Source: Basidiobolus meristosporus CBS 931.73 (lineage: Eukaryota; Fungi; Basidiobolomycota). From it: a stretch of DNA of 38,208 bases. Below the pieces are notes generated by a model, which worked only from the letters and a program-made list of their open reading frames with translations, had not been told where the DNA came from and searched no databases. Both the position numbers and the translations under genes were made by a program. Shown piece by piece: positions 1 to 10,289 of the stretch. The number at the start of each line of letters is the position of its first letter. The stretch's first letter is position 1. Location of the stretch: NCBI GenBank assembly GCA_002104905.1, contig MCFE01000766.1, positions 1 through 38,208 on the forward strand, written 5' to 3'.

Positions 1-210
1 TCAATCTGACACATGAAAGTAAGAGAAACTGTTGAGTCAGAAATTAAGGGGTGTGAAAAGGAGGCAATAGCCAATCAATGCACACAAATGTAAAAGGTGA
101 TAGAGTGTCTGGGATCAGAAACTGAGCAAATTAGCAAGGAACCAATTAAAAGCCACTTATACATTGTTGTGATGAAAAATTTTGACCAAGGTTTTGTGAA
201 ACCTGGGGTG
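1..210 (+). pseudogene. Unclassified degenerate coding remnant ('module G'), copy 1
   Basis: Frame 1 reads ...KVIECLGSETEQISKEPIKSHLYIVVMKNFDQGFVKPG with internal stops. Its reverse complement aligns with 3420-3600 and 3820-3955. Confidence 0.4.
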
Positions 211-2990
211 TGATTATTCTTCAATGGTCTCTAGACAGTGTCCTGACAGGATCAGTGCCTCTTATACATGGAACTTTAACTTTGTGATGGCCTTTTGATG
301 GGAACATTACAATAATTTTTCATAGGGTTGTATAACAGCACCTAGCTCTACTTGTCACCTTGTGAAAACTGAGTTAGGTGAGTTTATGATGCCTTTGGAC
401 TCACCTTGGCCATCTGAATATGGCATGCAGAGTGATTGGGCTGAAGAAGAAGGCTCACTTTGGATTGGGAGCCTATGTCCCCTAATAACAGTGCCCTGCA
501 TGAGCCAAGCAAAATCCCAAAATGCTATGAGACAACACCCATAGAAAAAATGCCAAGCTACTTTATGGAGCCAAGTGAGCCCAGTAAGCCATCCACTGAT
601 GAGCAATGTGAAGTTGTGGCCAGAGAAGTGGCATGTTTCCACAAATATCAGTAATAGAGGCATTGAGGATTTACTACTGCTTCTTGCTAGAATGATTCCC
701 AGATGCAACATTCCATGAACATGGTGCAAATGGGTAACCATTATGCAACTGGCAACATATGACCCAGACACTATCCTGCTACCAACATATGTTAAGAGTG
801 CATGGCATTTACATCAGAAAATGCCACCATTTCAAGGTGTCCAGCTTGTCAGGAATCCACCTTCATAGGAGGAGAATATGGAACACACTCTTGATATATT
901 CCATCAATACCCCATCTACAGAAGCTTATGTAGTCCTACAAACTTTATGATGCTATACAGCACCACACTCAGTATCAATCAAGCATAAACATTTCCAATA
1001 CATTTGATGGCAAACATTATAAACAACCAAGAAACAAGGGCTACTTTGAAGGTGTGTTTGACCATGCCTTTGCCTTGGCACCTGATAGCTTCTCATTAAA
1101 CAAATGCTCTACCTGCCAATCCTGCTGGCCACTGATTCACATCAACTCATATTTGCCTCCTATTGTATAGTATAAAGGAGTAATCCCAAGGTAGTCTCAC
1201 CGATATCTGGACCCAAATCCCATAGCTACATGTATCCATTGCTGGATGAATTTTGGATGCTTTCCAGCAGGATAATACTAAGTGGCCGGCATTTCAAGGT
1301 GCATACTATTATCTGCATTAGAGATGCCCAGCAATCTCCAAGATAGCCAGCTTTTCTGGGTATAGTGGATGGTATTGCTGTCAAATGGGTGTGATCCAGG
1401 GGACTTACCTCATAGCTCACACACATTAGTATACCCAAACATCAACACTAAGAACATAAACTTCCCACACATAAAGCATACATAAGTCAGCATATAATGG
1501 CCGCAAAGCTGGCACACTATGAGCCATTGGCTGGAAAATGGATTTGATTTGAAACCTTTGATACATATGATTGAGGGTATCTGCTGGAGCAAAAGGTCTC
1601 CACTGGAAGTAGCTTGCACATGGTGGACAGCCAGGGAGAGTAGGAAAATTATAAGGACATATATGCACATGGAGACACCTATGCCTTTGGCAATAAGAAG
1701 CTAAGCAGTCCCAATATGCAAGTAATCAGTTAAGCAATGCAGAGTTGTGAAGGGTGCAACAGGTGCCTATTTTCCATTATCAAAGCTTTATCAAGTATGT
1801 TGGGTTTCTCTTGGTCACAAGCAAGTTTACACACCATTCAATACAGAACTTGTACACACAAGTGCTGGAGTCTACCTATAAGGAGGACTAGAATCTAGCA
1901 ATGAGAAGTAATGTGTTAGACTTGCTCTGTTAGATTGTGCCATATTGAGCCATGAGTGCCAAATAGTGCCATAGTATGCCATAGAGGCCAAGCCTATTTG
2001 TACCTGGGCAGAGTCTGTGAAACAGAGCTGCTCATTTTTATGCAAATCAGCCCCTGTTTCCAGCCCTCCAAGCCAGAGATAATTGACTTATTAACCCTTT
2101 TTTTGTGATCAATATTTTGTCTGATATGTTAAAGCAAAGCAACGCTGAAGTCATTTACTTGCTACTATATATCCATGGCACTCTGAGTCTAGCTGCATAG
2201 GCTTGCAACATGTCACAAAAATGCATGGTACTATCTTGGTAAACTGCTACTATTAGGCACTGTAATTGCTTGGTATAGGTTATGCTTTAGGCTAATATTT
2301 AAATACAGTGCCCAATAATTATAATGGACCAAGATAGTCCATGAGTACTATGCACTAAGTGCATGTCTTCAGCTCATCTGTGCCCCTTCAGATCCTGCAC
2401 AACATTAAGCCCAAAAAAAGGGTCAAAAAATGGATTTTCTCCAGCGTAGTGAGTTAAGCACAAAGGCTGCTTTGGATTAGCATGTAGAATTATGTTTCAC
2501 ATTGTGTAGCTAAATGTAGGTCTGCTATGCTACAGTTTGGCACTCATGGCTCAATTTGAAACTACCAAACAGAACAAGTCTATTTGTTAAATGCAAAAAA
2601 ATTATTTGTGGTTATTCAGGAAGAACTCATGGCCAAGGTGGCAGCAGCCAAGTATAGTTTGCAAGATGTACATGTTACCAGCAATCTGAGGTATATGGCT
2701 ACTTTGCAAGTGTGGCACTAAATAGCTGCAAAGTTGAGGCAATAGTTGTGTATCAACTACAGCATCTATTGTGGATTTACAGATGCTTGTAAGCAGGAGG
2801 CCATAGTTTTCTTTTATTTGAACTATTTGTGGAGTGCCCAAGGTAGTAATGTGTAAGCAACTGAAGCAGGATGATTGTACAGAGGAATAACAGAACTGTG
2901 CAAAGGGGGGTAGAGAAAGAAGATATTGTTCTTGTAAATAGATAAGGTAGCCTTAAACAGAACTGGTTGTAGGCTGCCATAATGGTCATT
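211..2990 (+). mobile_element. En/Spm (CACTA-like) transposase unit, copy W, heavily deleted and interrupted by a foldback element
   Basis: 211-345 matches the spacer/ORF2-stop joint (ataatttttcatagggtt). 345-1916 is homologous to 7200-8600 and 16050-16400, including the catalytic region (FALAPDSF...SCWPLI, YMYPLLDEF, GFSGYSG.YCCQ). 2583-2990 matches 16400-16800. Confidence 0.75.
1917..2582. mobile_element. Non-autonomous foldback/MITE-like element (near whole-length imperfect palindrome)
   Basis: Ends are tagacttg...caagtcta with ~58-bp imperfect inverted ends sharing ttgagccatgagtgccaaa. Nested inverted pairs include 2091-2107/2410-2426, 2224-2239/2329-2343 and 2252-2264/2304-2316. The host transposase resumes on both sides. 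TSD not resolved. Confidence 0.75.
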
Positions 2991-2992
2991 GT

Positions 2993-3060
2993 ACCTATCT
3001 TAATAGCCTCTGCACCTAAATGTCCATTAATGCTTTGGTATAAGCAGACAATATACTACA
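2993..3060 (-). pseudogene. Fragment of ORF2 downstream of transposase copy W
   Basis: ctatcttaatagcc...cattaatgctttggtataagcagacaatatact aligns with 6375-6440 and 17215-17280. Confidence 0.6.
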
Positions 3061-3419
3061 CTTGTTCCTCTAGACAGTGACACAAAGTGTCAGGCAGTTC
3101 ATAGTGTTAGACTTGTATGGCACTCTACGGTACCATCTGGTATTAAAATTCTCACCATGATGCCAGTGGTAAGATGCGGCCAGTGACAATTTTGCCAGAT
3201 CTTATTTACATTGCTCAGAGTAGTGCTCTTCTTACTACAGTTACTCTTTGTAAAGTTACAGACACATTTTGCTCAATGGACATCTGCTTATATGACTATA
3301 CTGTCCCTATGAAAGATATGTGCTATTATCATGTCACAAGGCCTTCATAATATCAGAATCCCTTGACTATGTGGCAGTAGATCAATCAGGGGACCATACA
3401 GAGACTTTAAAAACTAATT

Positions 3420-3600
3420 GCACCCAGATTTCACAAAAAACCTGGTCAAAGCTTTTCATCACACCAACTCATAAGTGGCTTTTGGTTGGTATTCTGCCAA
3501 TTCTCTCAATTTCAGATCTGCTGTAATGCCATTTTTTGATGACTGTGGCAATAGCACTACTGCTTTATACCACTGTTCATTCACTGACTCCCAAACATCT
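3420..3600 (-). pseudogene. Module G, copy 2
   Basis: Minus strand reads RSEIERIGRIPTKSHL*VGVMKSFDQVFCEIW. Aligns with the reverse complement of 30-210. Confidence 0.4.
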
Positions 3601-3819
3601 TGGTCTTTAGTCAGCATTGCTATGTCCAACACCTCATCAGCCAGTCTTTGCAACAAATCCTTCCACTGTTCAAGTGTGTTTTGCTGAGCACTGTGCTTAA
3701 ATACACTGTGAACAATGATTGTGATCATCTCATCAAAAGGCCATCACAAAACTTAAGTTCCATGGCTTAAAGGTATTGATGCTGTTGAGACATTATGCAG
3801 TGACCATCTATAAATAGTG

Positions 3820-3955
3820 CACTCCAGATTTTGCCAAGAACTTGCTCAAAATTTTTCATCACAACAATACTTAAGTGGTGTTTGATTGGTCCTCTTTCAA
3901 CTCCCTCAGTTTCTGATGTTAAACGCTCAATCACCTCCTACATTCGAGAACTAAG
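3820..3955 (-). pseudogene. Module G, copy 3
   Basis: Minus strand reads EVIERLTSETEGVERGPIKHHLSIVVMKNFEQVLGKIWSALF. Direct repeat (~70%) of 3420-3510. Confidence 0.4.
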
Positions 3956-3959
3956 ATTG

Positions 3960-4328
3960 TGTTGGAATATTGGACTATTTGGTATCATTCTGCAGCTAAA
4001 AATTTACTTAAAGATTCTGGACTAGTCTTGGTAACTGTGGGACTAATTTACAGCCCTAACTTTGCCACTTTCTTCAGATCTATGATCTTATGATTATTCC
4101 CCTATAGTCAGGATCAAATTAGCACTAATACTAACTACTATGTACTAACCCGGAAACTTTTACAGAATGCTCCTGAATATTGAGAAACCCTCCTTACTTG
4201 GTGTTACAGCTGTATTACTTCTACAAAGGTATAAATACTGAGCTTCTTTATTAATAAACAACAGTTCAACTATTATCACTATTTCTTGATAAGTTCCTTA
4301 TATCCAAATCACTTCTTGAATTACAACA
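3960..4328 (+). repeat. LTR A (5' LTR of A1), 369 bp
   Basis: TGTTG...CAACA ends, colinear with 17698-18065 and 22818-23186. Followed by a decayed PBS agttatgagtca (4329-4340). Confidence 0.92.
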
Positions 4329-5991
4329 AGTTATGAGTCAAATTGCCTTAATCTATTTCAAAGATGACTTCTACCAGCAAACAGAACAACACAAACATCT
4401 TTCCTGTAAAAGAGAGGTTTGATGGAAAGAACTAAAGACTTTGGAGAATCAAGATGCAGATCTACCCTGAGGAAAGGAAGTTTTGGAATACAGTAATAGG
4501 AAAAGAAGTTGAGCTCAAAGGTACAGCAGAAGAAGTGGAGAAGTTTCAACAGAAGGAGCGAAAGGCCTTTAATGCCATATGTATCAATGTGCAAGATTCC
4601 TTTGTTGGACAAATCCATGCCTCAAATACTGCCAAAGCAGCATGGGAATCCTTAGAGAAGATCTTTAGAGCAAAGTCAGTATCAAGCAAGCTTTATTTGA
4701 AACAAAAGTTCTTCAACATGAGGAAGAAGCCAGATGATCACATGATACAACTCATTACCAAAATGGAGACACTTGCAGAAGAACTTTACAGTATTAATGC
4801 TGGTGTTGATGATGAAGAATAGATACTCTGTCTGCTTTGCAGCCTACCAGATGAATATGATCCACTCATACTTTTTTTTTACTCCACAGCAAAATGGAGT
4901 ATCAGAATGAGCAAATAGAACAATGGTAGCAATGTGAAGATCAATGTTACATGATAAGGGAATGGAACACAGGTTTTGGGCTAAATCTGTTGCTACTGCA
5001 GTATACATCAAGAACAGTTGCGCAACAACAGTGCTACATAATTTTATACCCTTTGAAGCATATGCAGGCAAAAAACCAGATCACCAGCACCTAAAGATCT
5101 TTGGCAGTGATGTTTTTTATCACATCCCTGACAAAAAACACTCAAAGTTGGAACCAAAGAGTAGGAAAGAGATCTTTCTTAGGTATTGTGAAGATACTAA
5201 AGGGTATAAGTGTATGATGGCAAAATTCAGAAGCTGATCAAGAGCAGGGACATTGTATTTGAGGGGAATTCAGATCAGAAAGACACAGAAATCACTGGCC
5301 AGCTGCCTAATGATGCAATCAACACTAATGAAGAAGATACGTACCAAATCCAGCCAGATACAGAAGATACTTCTACCAGTACCAGATCAGAACTGATTAT
5401 CCCGGTTAGGAGATCTACCAGAATAAGAAATGCCCTTGGATCCTGGTGGCAGACATCCAATGATCATGAAAAAGCTTATCTTGCCTTATGTGCCACAGAA
5501 TCTGGAACAGGCAATGGACAGTCCAGATGCTACTATGTGGTAACAAGCCATGCAGGAGGAGTACCAATCACCAATCAAGGCAAAAACATGGGAACTGGTA
5601 GACTTACCAAATGGGAGAAAGCCAATAGGATGCAGATAGGTCTACAAGATCAAGATAACCTCAAATGGTGCCATTGATAAGCGCAAGTTTAGATTGGTGG
5701 CTAAAGGCTATTACCAGATCCAGGGACTAGACTTTAAGGAACCATTTGCTCTGGTTGCCAAGTTTAACTCCATTAGGACAGTACTAGCCCTGGTAGCTGT
5801 ACACAGCCTAGATCTACATTAAATGGACATCAAAACAGTCTTTCTACTTGGGGATTTGCAAGAAACTATATATATGGAGCAACCAGAAGGTTTTACCAAT
5901 CCAAAAGACCCCCATAAGGTGTGCAAGCTTAGAAAACTGTTGTATGGGCTTAAGCAGGCACCTAGAGCATGGTATAACAAGATTGACACAT
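3960..5991 (+). mobile_element. Ty1/copia family A, copy A1: 5' LTR plus internally deleted, 3'-truncated gag-pol
   Basis: 5' LTR and decayed PBS present. gag (ERFDGKN..LWRIKM, LYLKQKFF) jumps at ~4880 to the integrase (TPQQNGV). RT motifs [16 protein letters not shown] and [12 protein letters not shown] follow. Homology to A2 stops at 5991. No 3' LTR. Confidence 0.9.
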
Positions 5992-6230
5992 TTGTGATGG
6001 TGTGCTAGACTTCTGACAGCCTCTCATATATTAGCCCACTCTTCTTAATTGCATTAAATTGCTTCATGGATCTTCAATGTATTTTGACTTTTAGGATTTG
6101 GCATAAACTCCACATTGTCTCCCTCACATGCTGTGATAGGTAATTCTGTGAGCTTTATCTATGGGCACTATTGTTGTGCTTCACAGAGTGTGCAGTGTTC
6201 CTGTACTGTCACACTGGGAGATTCCTCAAT

Positions 6231-6760
6231 TCATGGTGGTGACTTTGAGCAACTTAAGTTCCTTCTTTGCAGTAAAGACACTGCTTTCTTTACCTGGGAT
6301 ATTGATTGCTCTAAACATATTAACCACCCATCCTGCTTCTGGACTATATCCTGATTTCTCTGGGCCATTGCATCTATCCTATCAGCCACAGTACCTACTT
6401 ACTTGATTAATGCTTTGGTATGAGCTGACAACATACTTGCAAATACAGGTGGTGGTGACAACATGACTGCAACTTGCTGGTCCTCAACTGCAGGTACTGC
6501 ATATGCTACATTCTCATATGCCAGAGCATAACAGTCAGCTTGTGGCTCTGCAGGGGTTCTCAATTGCATACTTGATTGAAGGTCTGAGGAGTCCACATAA
6601 TCCCTTGAGTGGGCACACTGTCCACAGGGCCTTTTTTGCATGTAGCCCCGCTTGTTGCACTGAATGTCAAATCAAGCTGTTGCCCAACCATTCTTCTATT
6701 GCTGTCAGCCATGGAGTTTGATTGCAAACTAGACAACTTTGCTTTATTTTTAGTTGGCAT
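6231..6760 (-). pseudogene. ORF2 of the CACTA-like unit, copy X (~177 codons, one frameshift, one internal stop); function unknown
   Basis: Starts MPTKNKA at 6760 (the same ATG context is at 17601). Continues FSATSGATCKKGPVDSV..., then KALIK*VGTVADRIDAMAQRNQDIVQ...EQSISQVKKAVSLLQRRN, ending at TGA 6233-6231. Homologs at 17137-17601, 25325-25510 and 2993-3060. Confidence 0.6.
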
Positions 6761-6889
6761 ATATATGGAAGTAAGTCAAACAAAAGGGGAATTAGTATTA
6801 CATTTATATGTTTATGTGGTGCCACAACTGCATTTATAATGCTTACTATGCCAAGTCATCATTGAATCCTACATTCATGCAGTTGCAAT

Positions 6890-8722
6890 GTCTTAAATAC
6901 AAGATGGTCTTTAGTTCATATGATTATTGACAAAAAAGTAATATAATAGGGTTATGTTTTTGAAGGTCAAACCATTTGCCCCATGGACCAGACTACTTTG
7001 ACTCAATGCTGCAGGAGAAGAAAACAAAGAATAAGTGGCTATTGTAGCAAGCCTCTCAGCCTTGAAGAATGCAGACAGCATAGGAAATATCACAAGGATC
7101 ATGGCCAGTGTTTCACCACACAAGTCATATTTGACCATTCATTGGTCACTACTGCACCAACATTATCTTGCTGACCAGTTGATACCTCTATATTGGCACC
7201 TGGATGTCTTTGTCACCTTGCGCAAACTGAGTCAGGTGAGTTTGTGACACCTTTAGGCTCACCTCAGCCTTCCAAATATGGCACACAGAGTGGTAGGTCT
7301 GCCAAAGAAGGTTCACTCATGGATTGTGAGTCTATCTCCCCTAACAACACTACCACATATAAGCCTGGTCAAATACCTATATGCAATGACACAACACCTG
7401 TTGAAACAAATGCAAAGGATACTTTATGGAGCCAAGTGAGCCCAGTAAGCCATCTACTTATGAATGATGTAATGTTGTGGCTAGTGAGGTGGCTCATTTC
7501 CACTAATATCAGTAATTAGGGCTTTGAGGATTTTGCACTACTTCTTGCCAAAATCATACTGGGATGCAACTACCATGCATATGGTACAAGTGGAAAACTG
7601 TCATGTGGCTGGCAACATATGATCCAGAGACTATCCTGATTCCATCATGTGTTAGCAGTTGCATGGCATTCACATCCAAAAATGCTACCAATGCAACATG
7701 TCTAAATTGTCAGAAATCCACCACCATTGAGGGAAAACATTGTTCACACATCTGATGTATTCTAATAATGCCCTGTCTGAGGCAGCTGATGCAGTCTGTC
7801 AAATATTCCAAAGCTATACAGTGCTGCACTCAGTAACAATCAAGTACAAACATATCTGATATATCCAGTGGCAAACATTACAAACAGCTAAGAAACAAGG
7901 GCTAATTTGAAGGTATGTGTGACCATGCATTTGCCTTAGCACTTGATGAATTCTCATTAAACCAGTACTCTACCAGCAAATCCTGCTGGCCACCAATTCT
8001 CATCAATCTGAAGCTGCCAACCATCTTACAGTATCAGAGCAATAATTTGATAGAAGTCTTACTGGTATATGTGCCTAAATCTCCATCCAACCTGGATAGC
8101 TACCTGTATCCACTGCTAGATAAATTCTATATGCTTTCCAGCAGGACAATAGTACATGGCCATCATGTAAAAGTGCATATTTTTATCTGCATGGGATATA
8201 CCCCAGCCATCAGCAAGATAACAGGTTTTTCTGGGCGCAATGGATAGTATTGCTGTCAAACATGTGAGATCCAAGGGATTTACTCTATAACTCACGCATA
8301 TTATACTAATTAAAGTGCAGCATTAAGTGCATTATCTATCCACAGAGAGAATGAACCAAAGTTGGCATGCAATTGCAGCAAAGTTGGCAGGCTACAAGCC
8401 ATAGGCCAGAATCTGGAATCAATTGGAAACCGGAGATACTCAAGATAGAGGGTATCTGTTGGAGCAAAAGCTATCCACTGGGAGCAATGCATTTGCATTG
8501 CAACAATATTCCTCTACTAATGACCAAGTTGTACATTGGGTATTTCAAGCTAAATGATCCCTTCAAGATACCGGAGAAATTTGAAAGAATTGGCAAGATA
8601 TTACAGAGTTTCCGCTACCCTAAGTACCTCTCATGGGCTTCAATTAATATTCATTTGCATATGCAACAATACAAAGGCAAAGACTGGATGAACTGGATAT
8701 CTATTTATTCAAGTGGTGTTCT
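6890..8722 (+). pseudogene. En/Spm (CACTA/CMC, Transposase_21-like) transposase, copy X, 5' part
   Basis: Motifs YDPE..IPSCVSSCMAF...CLNC, FALALDEF...SCWPPILINLKLP, PKSPSNLDSYLYPLLD, MGYTPAISKITGFSGRNG*YCCQTC and PLGAMHLHCNNI match the family pattern (DGF, PK.LD.YL.PL.DE, GD.PA..K..G..GHNG..C..C, D..H). Cut at 8722 by gypsy C. Start codon is uncertain. Confidence 0.8.
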
Positions 8723-9089
8723 TGTTACAAGTCTTGTTATAAGAGTTTTAGAGGAGTAGGGAGTTTAGCTAGTATTGTATTCACCAAAACTTGAACTGAT
8801 TTTATTAAGGTTCCAACAGCTCCTTTTATACATTTTGCCAGATCAATTGCTGACTAATTGTATTTCCTAATGCAGGTTGTGGCTGATGACTCACTTGATT
8901 GCATCATCATCACCCAACAAGATCCTACTTAATCTATCTATTTCTGTCTGATAAGGATCTGCTGATTCATTTGCTGACTAATGCTACTGATTTCCTAGAT
9001 AATACTGATATAATGATAACCTAAACATATACTAATTGATTTGACTAAAAACTGATCTAACTTAAACATTCAAGCAGCGGATCATAACA
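8723..9089 (-). repeat. LTR C, 3' LTR of outer element (L1), 367 bp
   Basis: TGTTA...TAACA on minus. About 92% identical to 15304-15671 by manual count. Confidence 0.95.
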
Positions 9090-9101
9090 TTCTCCCCTAC
9101 T
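9090..9101 (-). promoter_or_regulatory. Polypurine tract of gypsy C
   Basis: AGTAGGGGAGAA abuts the 3' LTR on minus. Confidence 0.8.
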
Positions 9102-9119
9102 AAAGTTGAAAGGGTTCTC

Positions 9120-10190
9120 CTGAATCTCTTTTCCTGTGATACCAATATCTTGATGTTTCAGTATTATCAGCAAGTCTTGCAAGCTTGAGTCTGTCCCTAT
9201 GCGCTTAGTCTTCCCAAATATTGCTTTGTTTGTCCACCAGTTGGTAAGTTGCAAATGGACACTCTCTGATGATCTTGAATGGTCCTGTCCATTGTGGCTC
9301 AAACTTTTTCCAAGTGCCGTTTCTTAGCAATACAAAGTTCCCAACTGTCAGTGCTTCTGGTGCTATAGTCTTATCAAATCTCTGCTCCATCTTTTCTGCA
9401 CTTTGAGATACTTTGGTCTGTGCCTCTTGATGTCTTTGTTCCAGTTGCTGGTGTCTACTTGGCTGACTGAGTTCATCTTCTAAGGTGTCTGTAAGCTTTG
9501 GTTGTGTGAGATCTCCCGGAATCCTTGGTTCACATCCATACACTAAGTAAAATGGTGATTGCTGGGTGGTGTTGTGTACTCTGACTCTGCATGCAAAGAG
9601 TGCTTGGCCTATATACTCATCCTATTAACTGACAACTCCATTTGCTTACTTGGTCAACATTTTTCCCAATAATCCATCAAACCAATCAGTGACTGCATTA
9701 GTTCTGGGGTGATATGCCCAGGTTTTCAAGTGTCTGACCTGCTGCATTTCCAGGGAAACCTCTAATGTCTTTGCCATAAAGTTTGCTCCTCTATCAGATA
9801 AGATCTCCACAGGGCATCCAAACTTCATCAGGATCTCATGGTAAATGAAACTTGCAACTTCTTGATCACTGGCTATTGGTCCAGCTTTAGCAACTGGCCA
9901 TTTAGTGGCATGGTCAATTGCTACTAGGATCCAACGGTTACTTTTCCTATTAGTTGGCAGTCTTCCAACAAAGTCAATTCCCCATCTTTCAAATGGTCTT
10001 ACAGGCTCCAAGGGAAAGAGTTCTGCAATTCTCTGTGATTGGCATTGATTGATTTGGCAATTTGGGCATGTTTTCACTAGCTTATCAATGTCTTGTTTCA
10101 TTCTGGGCCACCATGCTCTGACTTTCACAAGTCTATAGGTTCCTTCAATTCCAAGATGCCCATATCCATTGTGTAGCTTATGTATCAAAT
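9120..10190 (-). pseudogene. Gypsy C integrase (zinc-binding, rve core, GPY/F), broken by stops
   Basis: HNGYGHLG...CPNC, FERWGIDFVG, SDRGANF, AYHPRTN, YGCEP and KFEPQWTGPFKI motifs. No chromodomain seen before the PPT. Confidence 0.9.
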
Positions 10191-10289
10191 CCAGGCAAGA
10201 AACATAAGCACAATAAGCAATAGGGCTTCCATCAACAATTTGCTAGAGTGTTTTGTCCTGTACTACAAGTTTGCTGGCTTCATCACAAG

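Noticed and set aside
1909-2590. hAT assignment for the foldback element (TAG-starting ends)
   Set aside because: The 8-bp flanks differ (taatgtgt vs tttgttaa). A TA duplication is possible but leaves unexplained extra bases relative to the empty site.
5993-6010. TGTGATGG as the start of another LTR truncating A1
   Set aside because: No matching CA end, TSD or second copy was found, and A1 does not resume.
9100-9300. Chromodomain at the integrase C-terminus of gypsy C (and of B at 26636-26700)
   Set aside because: The reading frames end shortly after the GPY/F motif, with no aromatic-cage pattern.
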